This document shows, in pieces, positions 1-9,720 of a stretch of DNA of 46,931 bases. The stretch covers positions 1 to 46,931 of the IMG/VR virus record IMGVR_UViG_3300020045_006398. One strand, given 5' to 3'. Source of the stretch: a virus (taxonomy: Duplodnaviria; Caudoviricetes). Numbering within the stretch: the stretch's first letter is position 1; each line of letters opens with the position of its first letter. The position numbers were made by a program, and so were the translations under genes. The notes under the pieces are model-generated. The model was not told the DNA's origin. It saw only the letters and a list, made by a program, of their open reading frames with translations, and ran no database searches.

Positions 1-121
1 AAATCGTCTTGTGCAAAGTCCCTGCAACCGAATCAACTATGCCCGTGATAGCCCTTATCCCATTATCCCCTGATATATAGACATACGTTGCCCGTCCTAT
101 TCCAGTCGGTGCGTAATTGTC
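1..121. repeat. Terminal direct repeat, left copy (circular assembly overlap)
   Basis: Bases 1-121 are identical to 46811-46931, and a reading frame runs in phase through the junction. Confidence 0.95.
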
Positions 122-2458
122 TTGATCCGATGTGATTTGAGACGGATAAATAGAATAAGGCGTGGTACTTCCACCACTTGCCGCTATCGTTACCGTTCCA
201 GCCGATCCAGTCCCGCCCGTTGTGAGCGTTACGCCTGAACCCTCGATGAGTTGAACCGTCCCGCCCGAATTGGAAAGGGTTACGGTGTGAGATGTCGCAT
301 CGGATGAGTTGGTGATGGTTTGATTCGTAGCGGTTCCAATATCTGCAATCGGATAGCTTGTAATGTTTCCGCTTCCGTCCGATCCGAGTACATTTGTAGG
401 TGTGCCGTCGTCTCTTGTGTTGGGATAAGCGACTGCATTTATATCACCGTTGGCTTTAAAAAGGAATCGTTCACCTGCGCCTGTATGGATAGCTAAATCA
501 TTGGCAGTTGTGTGGTATAGTGCGCTGTATACACTTTCATCAGATTCGATTAATCTTATACCTCCCGCTAAATCATCTGAACGCTGAACCAAATCAATCC
601 CTGCGTAAGACGAACTAGATTTATTTAACGCTAACTTTCCGTTAGACCCCATATAAATTGAATTGTCAGGGGCGTCAGAGTTAACCGTAATAATTTGCTC
701 ATCATCGTTAAACTTTCCTATTTTCATACTAGCCCCATCAAAACGAAAAAGCATCTTATCGGCATCCCCTGTTGTGGATAATGTGAAGTTTCTGTAACTG
801 CCTGCGCTTAAGAAATCAACCAAAACAGAATCAAATCTTAATATGTCGTTATCTGATCTTATAACAGGGCTTACGCCTATGTCATCTGTCCTGAATGTTA
901 ACTTGTGCTTAATGTCAATACCTGTTGAATCGCCTACTAATAAATCATCATTTACATCATGTGTTAATATATTTCTATACACATCAGCACCGTATATATT
1001 GCTGTTTTTTTCAAGAAAAACACCTGTGTATTTATTCCTCAATCTTTTTCGCAAATCATAATAAACATCATTGTATCCCGTACTATAATTCCATGATTCC
1101 CATAACCCACCACCTACAATATCGTCAGGGGCTTGTCTTACTTGAGTTAGAGATGCTGTCCAATCGAATGCTGCATAAGAACCATCATAAGCAGCAACCA
1201 TAGACGGGCTTCTGACAAGCCGCTCAAGTGTGTCCCGCATCTGCCAGTGTGATTCCATCCAAAGCGTATTGCCAGATCCAGGATAATAACCCTGCTCAAC
1301 TGTCCAATTAAAAGTAGGTCGCTCCGCATTGTATTTTGGTGAACTATAATCATAATTGAATCCGAAAGAGTGAAGCATATTTCCTCCGTTTTCAAACCCT
1401 ACATTTGTTGTGCTGTCCCAGTTGGTGGATTCTATCCACTCCCCAAATCTTCCGTATGTGTCATTGAGCGCAGGGAAGGATAAAGAATCGACATTAATTT
1501 TTCTGTGACCCATATAACCTGATCCTGTCAGATTCTTATGGCTCGTTTCGTTTATAGCGAAACGTGTGTTACTATTTGTATTATACGTCAATATAGGATC
1601 ATGCACCTTTAGCGAATCGGTCAGCGTCTTTTCGCCCGCCACCGTTTCGTCTCCTGTTTTGTGGACTACGTTTGCGTCAATGGCGTAAGATGATAAATCC
1701 TGATCGCCTGTATTTGTGCCGCTAAGATTTGAAGCGGTAAGTGTGCCACTAAATAGTCCGTTACCTACCACATCAAGTGCTTCTGCTGGAACCTCATTAT
1801 TTATTCCAAATTTAGCCGAAGCAAGTCCACTTGTTATAAACCCGTAATCTGTATTCTCAAATCCTATATACGCCCCTGTTTGTGTTTTTCCAAATTGATA
1901 AACATCTGATGCGCCCTCAATCAAAACACCCGTTTCGCTACCATCATTTATTTTTAACTGAAATCCATTAATATTAATTTGTCTGTTTGCTGATAATAAT
2001 TCGCCTTGACTAAGCACATTATCAATACCCTGTATCTCATTAGTGATATCTCCATCAACTTCGCTTTCAAGTTTCGCATTTAACTGCGTCTGTACATTCG
2101 ATGTAACCGTATTGATATACTGAAACTCTGTGGTATTTACCGAACCATCCCCGATCTTAGTCGCTGCGAGTCCGTTGTCAATCGTCCATGTTGCACCCGT
2201 TCCGCTTACGGTTATATCACCTTTGTCACCGTCCGAAATTGAACCGCCCCCACCCGTTATGTACGGATCGAGCAATGCAGCCAACTGAACCAAATTAACG
2301 AACCGACCCCGACCCGCAAAGTTCGATCCTGTCGTAGCCGTAACAAGGCAATAAGTCGAATCGGTTGTTTTGGGCGAATCGATACGGAGGTTATAGTCAT
2401 GAACCTGTCCGATCAGATCAGAAGCGGCAAAAAGTAAAATAAATATTATGTATCTCAT
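1..2458 (-). CDS. Large fibre-like/receptor-binding protein with signal peptide, 5' part (continues across the junction to 45984; 1094 aa in total)
   Basis: ATG at 2458 overlaps the upstream stop (ATGA). Hand translation: MRYIIFILLFAASDLIGQVHDYNLRIDS...ISDGDKGDITVSGTGATWTID...TEFQYINTVTSNVQTQLNAK, a Gly/Thr/Ser-rich fibre-like sequence. The ORF track omits it because it runs off the contig end; it is in frame with ORF 45984..46826. Confidence 0.85.
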   Translation of the reverse strand, partial: MRYIIFILLFAASDLIGQVHDYNLRIDSPKTTDSTYCLVTATTGSNFAGRGRFVNLVQLAALLDPYITGGGGSISDGDKGDITVSGTGATWTIDNGLAATKIGDGSVNTTEFQYINTVTSNVQTQLNAKLESEVDGDITNEIQGIDNVLSQGELLSANRQININGFQLKINDGSETGVLIEGASDVYQFGKTQTGAYIGFENTDYGFITSGLASAKFGINNEVPAEALDVVGNGLFSGTLTASNLSGTNTGDQDLSSYAIDANVVHKTGDETVAGEKTLTDSLKVHDPILTYNTNSNTRFAINETSHKNLTGSGYMGHRKINVDSLSFPALNDTYGRFGEWIESTNWDSTTNVGFENGGNMLHSFGFNYDYSSPKYNAERPTFNWTVEQGYYPGSGNTLWMESHWQMRDTLERLVRSPSMVAAYDGSYAAFDWTASLTQVRQAPDDIVGGGLWESWNYSTGYNDVYYDLRKRLRNKYTGVFLEKNSNIYGADVYRNILTHDVNDDLLVGDSTGIDIKHKLTFRTDDIGVSPVIRSDNDILRFDSVLVDFLSAGSYRNFTLSTTGDADKMLFRFDGASMKIGKFNDDEQIITVNSDAPDNSIYMGSNGKLALNKSSSSYAGIDLVQRSDDLAGGIRLIESDESVYSALYHTTANDLAIHTGAGERFLFKANGDINAVAYPNTRDDGTPTNVLGSDGSGNITSYPIADIGTATNQTITNSSDATSHTVTLSNSGGTVQLIEGSGVTLTTGGTGSAGTVTIAASGGSTTPYSIYPSQITSDQDNYAPTGIGRATYVYISGDNGIRAITGIVDSVAGTLHKTI

Positions 2459-2898
2459 GGGTATACTCGGATTGTTAAAAATAAACTACCGTTTAGGTCT
2501 ATATTCGTGTAAGCGGCTTCCATTGTATTTAATGTGATAACACTTGTACTTGTTAATTCTGCAACAACAACAAAAGGGTCGGTCACATCTGATATATTAG
2601 CCTGAACAAAAGTCTTATTTGCTGTAAATGCGCTTGATAAAGTAGCGGTATAAACACCTACACCAGTACGGGCATAAACAATAGTTCCGACATCCAACGC
2701 AGTTAAAACAGATGCAGTCGGGTCGCTCGTACCAGATTGGCTTATGATTGCTACATACTCTTTATAGGTCTGTGCAACGCCTAACGGCGATTCATCTGTG
2801 CCCTCACCCGTTAAAGTCGCATCGGTTTGAATCGGATAGTATACTGCCGTTGCGGCAATACCTAAAAAGATTATAAATGCGATTATAATTGATTTCAT
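2455..2898 (-). CDS. Small fibre-domain protein with N-terminal signal/hydrophobic segment
   Basis: MKSIIIAFIIFLGIAATA leader, TDATLTGEGTDESPLGV motif, and beta-rich C-terminus (YKEYVAIISQSGTSDPT...IRVYP) resembling fibre-tip domains; sits between two fibre-like genes. Confidence 0.65.
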   Translation of the reverse strand: MKSIIIAFIIFLGIAATAVYYPIQTDATLTGEGTDESPLGVAQTYKEYVAIISQSGTSDPTASVLTALDVGTIVYARTGVGVYTATLSSAFTANKTFVQANISDVTDPFVVVAELTSTSVITLNTMEAAYTNIDLNGSLFLTIRVYP

Positions 2899-2908
2899 TT
2901 ATATAGTT

Positions 2909-5305
2909 TTAATCGTATGTTTTCCAATAGCCAACACCTCCACTTAATCGAACTGCTTTAACTATCAATGAAGCGTGTGGTACTAATGCCACATTGGTTA
3001 CGCCTGTACCATCTATCTCGTCACCAGAAAAAACCCTTACGACTAGATTCGTAGCGGCCCGGAAATTAGTTATCGTGTATTCCTGTCCAACCTGAGCCTG
3101 AGCCGTTGTTAATGCACTGTCCCAATTGTCGGATGTAGATGCTATTTCAGGTAGATTTATTTCGTCACCTATCGCACCTGATCCTGATACGTTAACGATG
3201 TTATATGATCTGTCTAATGTTAGATCGGCTGATGTAGCTGTCCATTCATAGTTCTGTGTATACGCCCTGCCTCCATTTAATGCGTAATGGCTCTCAGTTG
3301 TATTATCAGCAAATGCCGCATTCTTTTCGTAGACTATATCTGCATCCGTTGCCTGATTTGCTGTTATGGAAAGAGTGCTTTGATTGGTGCCTATCTTGTT
3401 AGCCTGGATGTCATATTGTTCGGTTGGCGTACCTCCATTCTGGGATTGGAAATTTATACCACCAGTTATGCCAGTACCTGCTCCAAGCTCTGAAGCGAGT
3501 ATGAGATTGTTTCCGGAACTACCATTATCATCTTTGATCGTAACATTAGCAACATCACCATGAAGTGATAATGTGTACACATCCATATCGTGCGAACGGT
3601 TGCCAGTGAAGGTTAAATCATCCTCGGCAAAGTTGGTATCTGAACCTCCTACAACATCAGCCCACGGTATTCTCTGAACCCTATGACCTGCCGTTGTATC
3701 AGGATCGTAAACTATAAATGATTCGTCTGTTTCTGGCGAACCGTCAAGTAGCAATTCGGACATATCATAATTGATATTAGCCTCTGATCCAACCATGTTA
3801 ATATCAAGTCCATTGCCAACATCTATTGCATTACCCGTCCCCTGCAGAACAGCACCGTCATAGAATGTTATAATCTCATCGTGTAGGTCAGTCCATAATA
3901 TTTTCTGATTGGCTGCTGATCCCGAATCGTGCATTAATAAATAATCATCAGATTCAGCAGTTGTGACCGTTGTAAACTCGCCACCGTCAAAGCTGATATT
4001 AACCTCACTGGCTCCGTCCGTTGCGACATCGAAAGGGTTTTGAAAGTCGATATTAATATTGGCAGATTGTACCGTAACGTTATTTTCTTCTACCACATTA
4101 AGACCGCCAACAGGTACAGCAGCTTCCATTAAATTGCCTGAAGCATCTACAACGATATTATATGTGGGAGTACCAGCCGTAAATGATCCTATGCCGTAAT
4201 CAGGAAGCGTAAATCTTCCATTCCCCGATAAAATAAGTTTCGATCCTGTTGTAGCTGAATTTGGTAGTTTAATTATAAACTCTCCTGTTCTTGTTCCTGC
4301 CGTCTTATCTGTCCATCTTGCTATGATCGAAGTTAAACTATCCGCACTACCTGCGCTAGTCTCTACCATCATGTCAATAGACCCACCTGTAAGTGTAGAT
4401 GCTGATCCGGATTGAAATTTCTGTAATACGACCAAAGGATCAACTCCACTAGTTCCTGCCGTAATTCTACCCTTAAATGGTTGTCCTGTTGTTGCGGTTG
4501 CATACATTCCAGTTCCGGAAGTAACGTCTCCCTGAACACCTACAGACGATGTACTCCCTGCCGAAGAAAAGCCCTGAACACCTACAAAGTCGCCAAGACC
4601 ATAAACGGCAGCACCAGGGAAAGCGGATGAAGGCGATCCGGTTTGAAGTGAATAGACCCCGTAGTTTATATTGTTCGATCCTGTGTGCGTATTTGTGAAG
4701 TAACCAGCTACTGTAGTTTGTGAAGCATTGGCATTCGCCCCGCTTAAACTCGATTCAAAAAGACGCTGTGTGTTAGATGCCGCTGCCGTACTTGTGGATG
4801 ATAGTTTCAATCCTGTACCGCTCGATAATGTATTCCACTGCCATTCCTGATTATAGTTGGCATTGTTGATCGTATTCGTGGCGATTGCGGCCTTGAGGCT
4901 TGAAATAGGTATCTGCGTGAGATCATAAGGAGTAGCCAAAACACTTGTATCAGCTTTGATATTTAAAGTGTTGGCAGGAGATTCAGATAAAATAATTCCA
5001 AATAGATCATCAACGCCTACATCGGTTCCCGAATCACTATCAATAGAGTACGGACCCGAACCACCTATAGTAAGGTTTGCACCTCCTCCGGGGCCTCCTG
5101 AGTTCCATCCAAATGCATCTCCAAGATCGCGAAGGTTCATCCATTTGCCAAGACTATAATAAGGGCTTGCGCTTGCTGTATCATTCGACAACACCATAAT
5201 ACTATCAGGCGTTTGCGTGCTTCGCAACTTCACCTGTGTATCAGTTATCTGACCAAAACAACTTACAGTAAGTGTTAATAATATTATTTGCAGGATATAC
5301 CTCAT
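2909..5305 (-). CDS. Fibre-like/receptor-binding protein (798 aa) with signal peptide
   Basis: G/T/S-rich, repeated GVxG beta-helix-like stretches, leader MRYILQIILLTLTVSCFG|Q; located downstream of the tail-tip genes. Confidence 0.75.
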   Translation of the reverse strand: MRYILQIILLTLTVSCFGQITDTQVKLRSTQTPDSIMVLSNDTASASPYYSLGKWMNLRDLGDAFGWNSGGPGGGANLTIGGSGPYSIDSDSGTDVGVDDLFGIILSESPANTLNIKADTSVLATPYDLTQIPISSLKAAIATNTINNANYNQEWQWNTLSSGTGLKLSSTSTAAASNTQRLFESSLSGANANASQTTVAGYFTNTHTGSNNINYGVYSLQTGSPSSAFPGAAVYGLGDFVGVQGFSSAGSTSSVGVQGDVTSGTGMYATATTGQPFKGRITAGTSGVDPLVVLQKFQSGSASTLTGGSIDMMVETSAGSADSLTSIIARWTDKTAGTRTGEFIIKLPNSATTGSKLILSGNGRFTLPDYGIGSFTAGTPTYNIVVDASGNLMEAAVPVGGLNVVEENNVTVQSANINIDFQNPFDVATDGASEVNISFDGGEFTTVTTAESDDYLLMHDSGSAANQKILWTDLHDEIITFYDGAVLQGTGNAIDVGNGLDINMVGSEANINYDMSELLLDGSPETDESFIVYDPDTTAGHRVQRIPWADVVGGSDTNFAEDDLTFTGNRSHDMDVYTLSLHGDVANVTIKDDNGSSGNNLILASELGAGTGITGGINFQSQNGGTPTEQYDIQANKIGTNQSTLSITANQATDADIVYEKNAAFADNTTESHYALNGGRAYTQNYEWTATSADLTLDRSYNIVNVSGSGAIGDEINLPEIASTSDNWDSALTTAQAQVGQEYTITNFRAATNLVVRVFSGDEIDGTGVTNVALVPHASLIVKAVRLSGGVGYWKTYD

Positions 5306-6882
5306 TACAGTTTCACAGATTTTAGTTTACGGATAATGAGTACATCACCTGTCAGTAATGGGAAGGCTGCTGCCAGTTCTATCTCCTGATTTGCATAGTC
5401 AATAGTATACTGCCCTATGGTTGTTGGAGCTGCTGAATATGCAAGGGTATTACCGTTACGGGTTACTAAATACGTGGCATTAATCTCAACCTCGGATACA
5501 TATAAAGGATCAACCAGATAGAAATTTGTGACAGCAAACTCAGTACTTGAATCATCACCCTCAAACGTCTGTGACCACATGCTATCATCTACGCAATCAG
5601 AATTGCTGATATCGTCAAAGTTGCATTGTATCAACAATCCCGCTGCCTGGACACATCCATCTATTGTTACCACAACAGTATAGTACCCCGGTGCTGCATC
5701 TGCCACCGTTGCCCCTGTTTCTCCATCCAATACAGCAAGACCATCACCTGTATCCAAATACCATTCATAGGTAGGTGTTTCTTCACCTGCATAGTCTACG
5801 ATTGTCACCTCAAGCGTTCCCTCATTATTCTCAAGCGTTATGGTGAATACACCTGTGCAACTATCCGGAAGCTCATATATCTCGCTATCGCTTGTTGCCT
5901 CGCACTCTCCAGCTGTTGCTACAACCCTAAATGTTCCTGATGCTGCTGGCTGGAATGATACGCCTGTCTCGCCTACAATCTCAGTCCAAACGGCTGCTAT
6001 TTCTTCCTCCCATTGGTAGGTACTTACAATATTCGCCTCTGCGATATAGATCACTGTACCGTCATCCAGGGTTATTGCCGTTATCGTTACTGCATAACCA
6101 TCGCACCCAATGGAGTATGTATAAGTAGTGCTGTCAGTACAATTCCCTTTTACTGCATCTACCCTATACTCTCCTGATAAAACAGGATTGATAGATGTAC
6201 CTGTCCCGAATAAAATACCATCTTTGTACCAGGTAAATGTCTCTGTACCATCACCACCCCCAACGGTTGAAGCCGTCAATGTGTCTGGTCCTGTTGTTAG
6301 GGTTATTGTTACCGCATAATCAGCACATGCCGGATCATTATTTGGATCACCTGTCTCACCCTCACCATCGCACTCATTAAATGGAGCGTTCTCATAATAT
6401 GAACCGCAACATAATTTTTTAGCGTACTGAGCATCTACGAAAGACATCGTAACCTTTATCTCTAGTAGCGTATTTACGGGCGTTGCTGTGACCTCCATCG
6501 TATACACCTCCTCATCCTGTGACTCATCAATATTGGTGAAGGTGATAGCCTGATGAGCTGACATTAACAATAGCTGATTGTGCAATGTCTCATCCCCAAC
6601 TACTGTAAATGTTACACGTGGATCGAATACAGTGTATACAGGCAAATCTTTACCAAGTGCAAGCTCAATTGTTTTCTCTGTCTTTTGATAAGCGATTGGC
6701 TCAAAAGCTGCAATATCCAAATACAGATCAAAATCAGATATCTCTCCACACGTAGAAAGACCTGATAATTTATAGTTATGACAGTCGCTTTGCGTCTCGC
6801 TGCCTTCGTTTATCCATCCGTATGGGTTTTGGGCTTTCTCTGAATTGATCAGATCGGTAATATTTGAGATAGATACTGCCAT
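5305..6882 (-). CDS. Virion tail protein with three tandem Ig-like repeats
   Basis: Three repeats of the pattern C..(Y/F)xVTI...TxxWY...G.T...G.Y.V....C; acidic; translationally coupled within the tail operon. Confidence 0.65.
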   Translation of the reverse strand: MAVSISNITDLINSEKAQNPYGWINEGSETQSDCHNYKLSGLSTCGEISDFDLYLDIAAFEPIAYQKTEKTIELALGKDLPVYTVFDPRVTFTVVGDETLHNQLLLMSAHQAITFTNIDESQDEEVYTMEVTATPVNTLLEIKVTMSFVDAQYAKKLCCGSYYENAPFNECDGEGETGDPNNDPACADYAVTITLTTGPDTLTASTVGGGDGTETFTWYKDGILFGTGTSINPVLSGEYRVDAVKGNCTDSTTYTYSIGCDGYAVTITAITLDDGTVIYIAEANIVSTYQWEEEIAAVWTEIVGETGVSFQPAASGTFRVVATAGECEATSDSEIYELPDSCTGVFTITLENNEGTLEVTIVDYAGEETPTYEWYLDTGDGLAVLDGETGATVADAAPGYYTVVVTIDGCVQAAGLLIQCNFDDISNSDCVDDSMWSQTFEGDDSSTEFAVTNFYLVDPLYVSEVEINATYLVTRNGNTLAYSAAPTTIGQYTIDYANQEIELAAAFPLLTGDVLIIRKLKSVKL

Positions 6883-8768
6883 TATTTAGCCCTTAGTTTA
6901 AATTCCATTGTAGCGTCAGGATCCGTATAAGTAGCCGTCTCAATTTCACATGCCCCTAATTGAGTTTTTACAAGTCCTGAAGGATTGTACTCACCCATAT
7001 AATTATCACATGAGAATGGTATGGTAATAGGTGCCTGTAACCGGTTACGCAGAAGCGTAAACATTGGCGTACTTACAATATTGATAAGACCAATTTTAAA
7101 CGGCCTGCCATAATCGTAATACCGTGGCAACAGATACCCCATTGCCAGGTTGCCATTCAGAATATAGTTTCCTGATATCGGTTGTACTGCTGAATTGATA
7201 ACCAGGTTAGTAGTGGATACCATGACAAGTATATCAGTAGTATCGAAATAGTCCTCATTCCCTGCAATGTGGCGTAGGTTTGTTAAGTATCCGGTGGCAA
7301 GTGCAACCTTTGGCTGCTTATTCTCTACATCATTAACACAATCGTTATAGTACTCAATTGGATGACCATCAAAATCATTGCCCCTACCGTCTGTCTCACT
7401 GTCCCAGCCGAATATTTCTTTGTTCGGTTGATTCTGTTCATCATATGTGTACTTCCACTTATCTTCAATATATTTTAGAAATTCAGCCTGTGTTAAGTCT
7501 ATATTTACGGTTGTAGGCCAGTAGCTTAAATGCTCAATTCGCAATACGGTACCGTCCAGTTCAATATCACAATTACCGGCTATCTTCATAGCATCCAGCA
7601 AGCCCTTTAATGTCATCAATGCTGTTGTTGCAGATTGAGATTCATCCAGCCGGGCAAGATCAGTAATTTGATAAAGTACTATATCCGTAAAATCCTCTGC
7701 TGCCCTATCGTAGTAATCATTTGATGGATTTGTGGCGTCTGGATTAATATTCCAGAAATTGGATATTACACTTATGCCGCATGGCTCAAGTAATGATTCC
7801 AGTAATGGACCTAACTCTTTTCCATTGGATAGATTGGTATTGCCCGCACTATCCATACCAATGATGTTATTGGTAAATATGGCTCCATAATCAATATCAA
7901 GTCCATCACCCCATTCTGCCCTTACTTCTGCATATCCTTCCGGGGTATCCGTTGTGTACTCATCACCACTGATCACATTTACCCTACGTGCCCAACCTCC
8001 CGTGACAGCTAACCATCCCATGCCAGGAGGTTCTGCTACATCTGCTGAAAACTCCCTGACATATTGTTGCCTCAATGTCATGTGGTGTAATATCGTAACA
8101 TCACCACCAAATAAACCACCGGGCAATTGCAGCTCAAATGTTGAGTAAAATGTCTTTTTCTTTGTGGTCCATCCGTTTAATGGCTCAATGCAGTCGTCAA
8201 TATTATTGCTGTAGAAGTAGTCTAACATTTCTGCCTTCTGCTGGGCAATTGGTACGGGTGGCTGCCATGATAATGTGTGCGTATCCTCACACTGGATAAA
8301 TTCAAGGATGCCGTAAAATGGTGAGGTAGTTACCACAGGATCACCATAATCGAACATATCAACCTCTGTTTCCCATGATCTTGTCATGCAGGTGTATATA
8401 TCCTGAACCACGATAGGCACATCAACGGTACACTCACTCACATTCCAATCGCATTGATTTAACCGGATATAGCCCGTATAGAATCCCGTTGTCCATGTCT
8501 CATCACAATCGCAATACCGATCAATTGATATGGGCACCTTTACGCATGTCTGGCCTTGACGTTCAAGATTGAAAAGACGGGTAAAATCAACTATGCTAGC
8601 TTTCGGCTCATCTTTGAAAATTAACTTAGTCTCTAAAGTGCGCTGGTAAAATCGATATCCTGTCTTTCTTTTATCTACCCATTTGAGTTGGGAGTTGTAC
8701 GGAAAAAACTGGATCATGCCCTGACCGGGAATGTCCAGATAAAACCTGTACATATCATTGATTACCAC
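6882..8768 (-). CDS. Putative tail tip/hub structural protein
   Basis: 628-aa ORF directly behind a late-promoter motif and upstream of the fibre genes; function inferred from position. Confidence 0.55.
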   Translation of the reverse strand: MVINDMYRFYLDIPGQGMIQFFPYNSQLKWVDKRKTGYRFYQRTLETKLIFKDEPKASIVDFTRLFNLERQGQTCVKVPISIDRYCDCDETWTTGFYTGYIRLNQCDWNVSECTVDVPIVVQDIYTCMTRSWETEVDMFDYGDPVVTTSPFYGILEFIQCEDTHTLSWQPPVPIAQQKAEMLDYFYSNNIDDCIEPLNGWTTKKKTFYSTFELQLPGGLFGGDVTILHHMTLRQQYVREFSADVAEPPGMGWLAVTGGWARRVNVISGDEYTTDTPEGYAEVRAEWGDGLDIDYGAIFTNNIIGMDSAGNTNLSNGKELGPLLESLLEPCGISVISNFWNINPDATNPSNDYYDRAAEDFTDIVLYQITDLARLDESQSATTALMTLKGLLDAMKIAGNCDIELDGTVLRIEHLSYWPTTVNIDLTQAEFLKYIEDKWKYTYDEQNQPNKEIFGWDSETDGRGNDFDGHPIEYYNDCVNDVENKQPKVALATGYLTNLRHIAGNEDYFDTTDILVMVSTTNLVINSAVQPISGNYILNGNLAMGYLLPRYYDYGRPFKIGLINIVSTPMFTLLRNRLQAPITIPFSCDNYMGEYNPSGLVKTQLGACEIETATYTDPDATMEFKLRAK

Positions 8769-8772
8769 CTTA

Positions 8773-8818
8773 CAAAATTGCTAAGAAGCAATGCGGATAG
8801 GTGTTACAATGTGTAACA
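8773..8818 (-). promoter_or_regulatory. Late promoter copy 1 (palindrome + 21 nt + CAATTTTG)
   Basis: TGTTACAATGTGTAACA at 8802-8818; CAAAATTG (minus strand CAATTTTG) at 8773-8780. Confidence 0.8.
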
Positions 8819-8820
8819 GA

Positions 8821-9720
8821 TTAAGAACGTCCATCTAATTCAGGCCGCAAAGTAAATGCCAACTCATCACTGATATACGAATAGAAGTGACGGCAATTGT
8901 ACCCGCCCAAATCCTGAAATGGATCATACGGATCATTCTTGCCTTGAAACTCACCTTTTGCTTTATCAGTATAGCCTCCAAATTTATCCTGAGGCGTTCC
9001 AAATTTCATTATCTCCTCGCGGCTGAATACTTTATCGTTTCTTTCTATGCAGAAATCCCTTGATGTACCAATCCTGCCTCCCTGGTATATGGCATAATTT
9101 AATTTTAATTCAGTAGCATACTTCTTTCCAATAAACCTATCAACCTTGACATACGGGTCAGGTAATCTTTCCTCAAATAATGATTTAACAAGACCGCCAC
9201 CACGTTTTAACACAACGTCCTGCAATGCTATCTTAAGCCCTGTAACTGTCAGCCCTGATCCAATGGCAGCCATCACAACGGTCTTGATGGCGCCTATTGC
9301 TGCCCTGTCAGATAGTACATTATAAAGAAGTGAACCTCCTGCTATGATCGTACCTGTAATGCCTAATGCCCCCAATACTGAAGCATTAATATCTTCATGG
9401 GCATCTGATTTTTTTACAGTGTCATAGTACTTTTTATTGTACGATAACAGCTTTGAAATATCACTGGCAAAGGTTGAGACGATAGGTGTTATCTCCTCCT
9501 CATTGAACTTGTCGTAATAGTTATCAAGTTTTGAGGGTATAAAAAACATTTTATCTGATGGAATGAGCGTCTCATTCTCATCCGTTTCCAATGACGGCAA
9601 AAAAGATTCTGTGAGGTATGAAAATAGTTTTTTTTGCGCTCGGTCAATCTTGCCATTCAGCTTATCGGATTGCTCATTTACAAGTTTAGTCCGCTTACTT
9701 GTCCATTTGTTCCGGCTCAT
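8821..9720 (-). CDS. Minor head protein, MuF/SPP1 gp7-like
   Basis: Follows the portal; C-terminal R.FC...GGYNCRH signature. Confidence 0.75.
   Translation of the reverse strand: MSRNKWTSKRTKLVNEQSDKLNGKIDRAQKKLFSYLTESFLPSLETDENETLIPSDKMFFIPSKLDNYYDKFNEEEITPIVSTFASDISKLLSYNKKYYDTVKKSDAHEDINASVLGALGITGTIIAGGSLLYNVLSDRAAIGAIKTVVMAAIGSGLTVTGLKIALQDVVLKRGGGLVKSLFEERLPDPYVKVDRFIGKKYATELKLNYAIYQGGRIGTSRDFCIERNDKVFSREEIMKFGTPQDKFGGYTDKAKGEFQGKNDPYDPFQDLGGYNCRHFYSYISDELAFTLRPELDGRS

Noticed and set aside
1-121. Biological direct terminal repeat of the virion DNA
   Set aside because: It falls mid-gene and its length is typical of an assembler k-mer overlap; it shows circularity, not packaging ends.
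2909-3200. Type IX secretion C-terminal sorting domain on the exported fibres
   Set aside because: The C-termini look like fibre or lectin domains and lack the YPNP...G.Y...K pattern.
1-5305. Diversity-generating retroelement or invertible fibre shufflon
   Set aside because: No reverse transcriptase or invertase gene, and I saw no template/variable repeat pair or inverted crossover sites.
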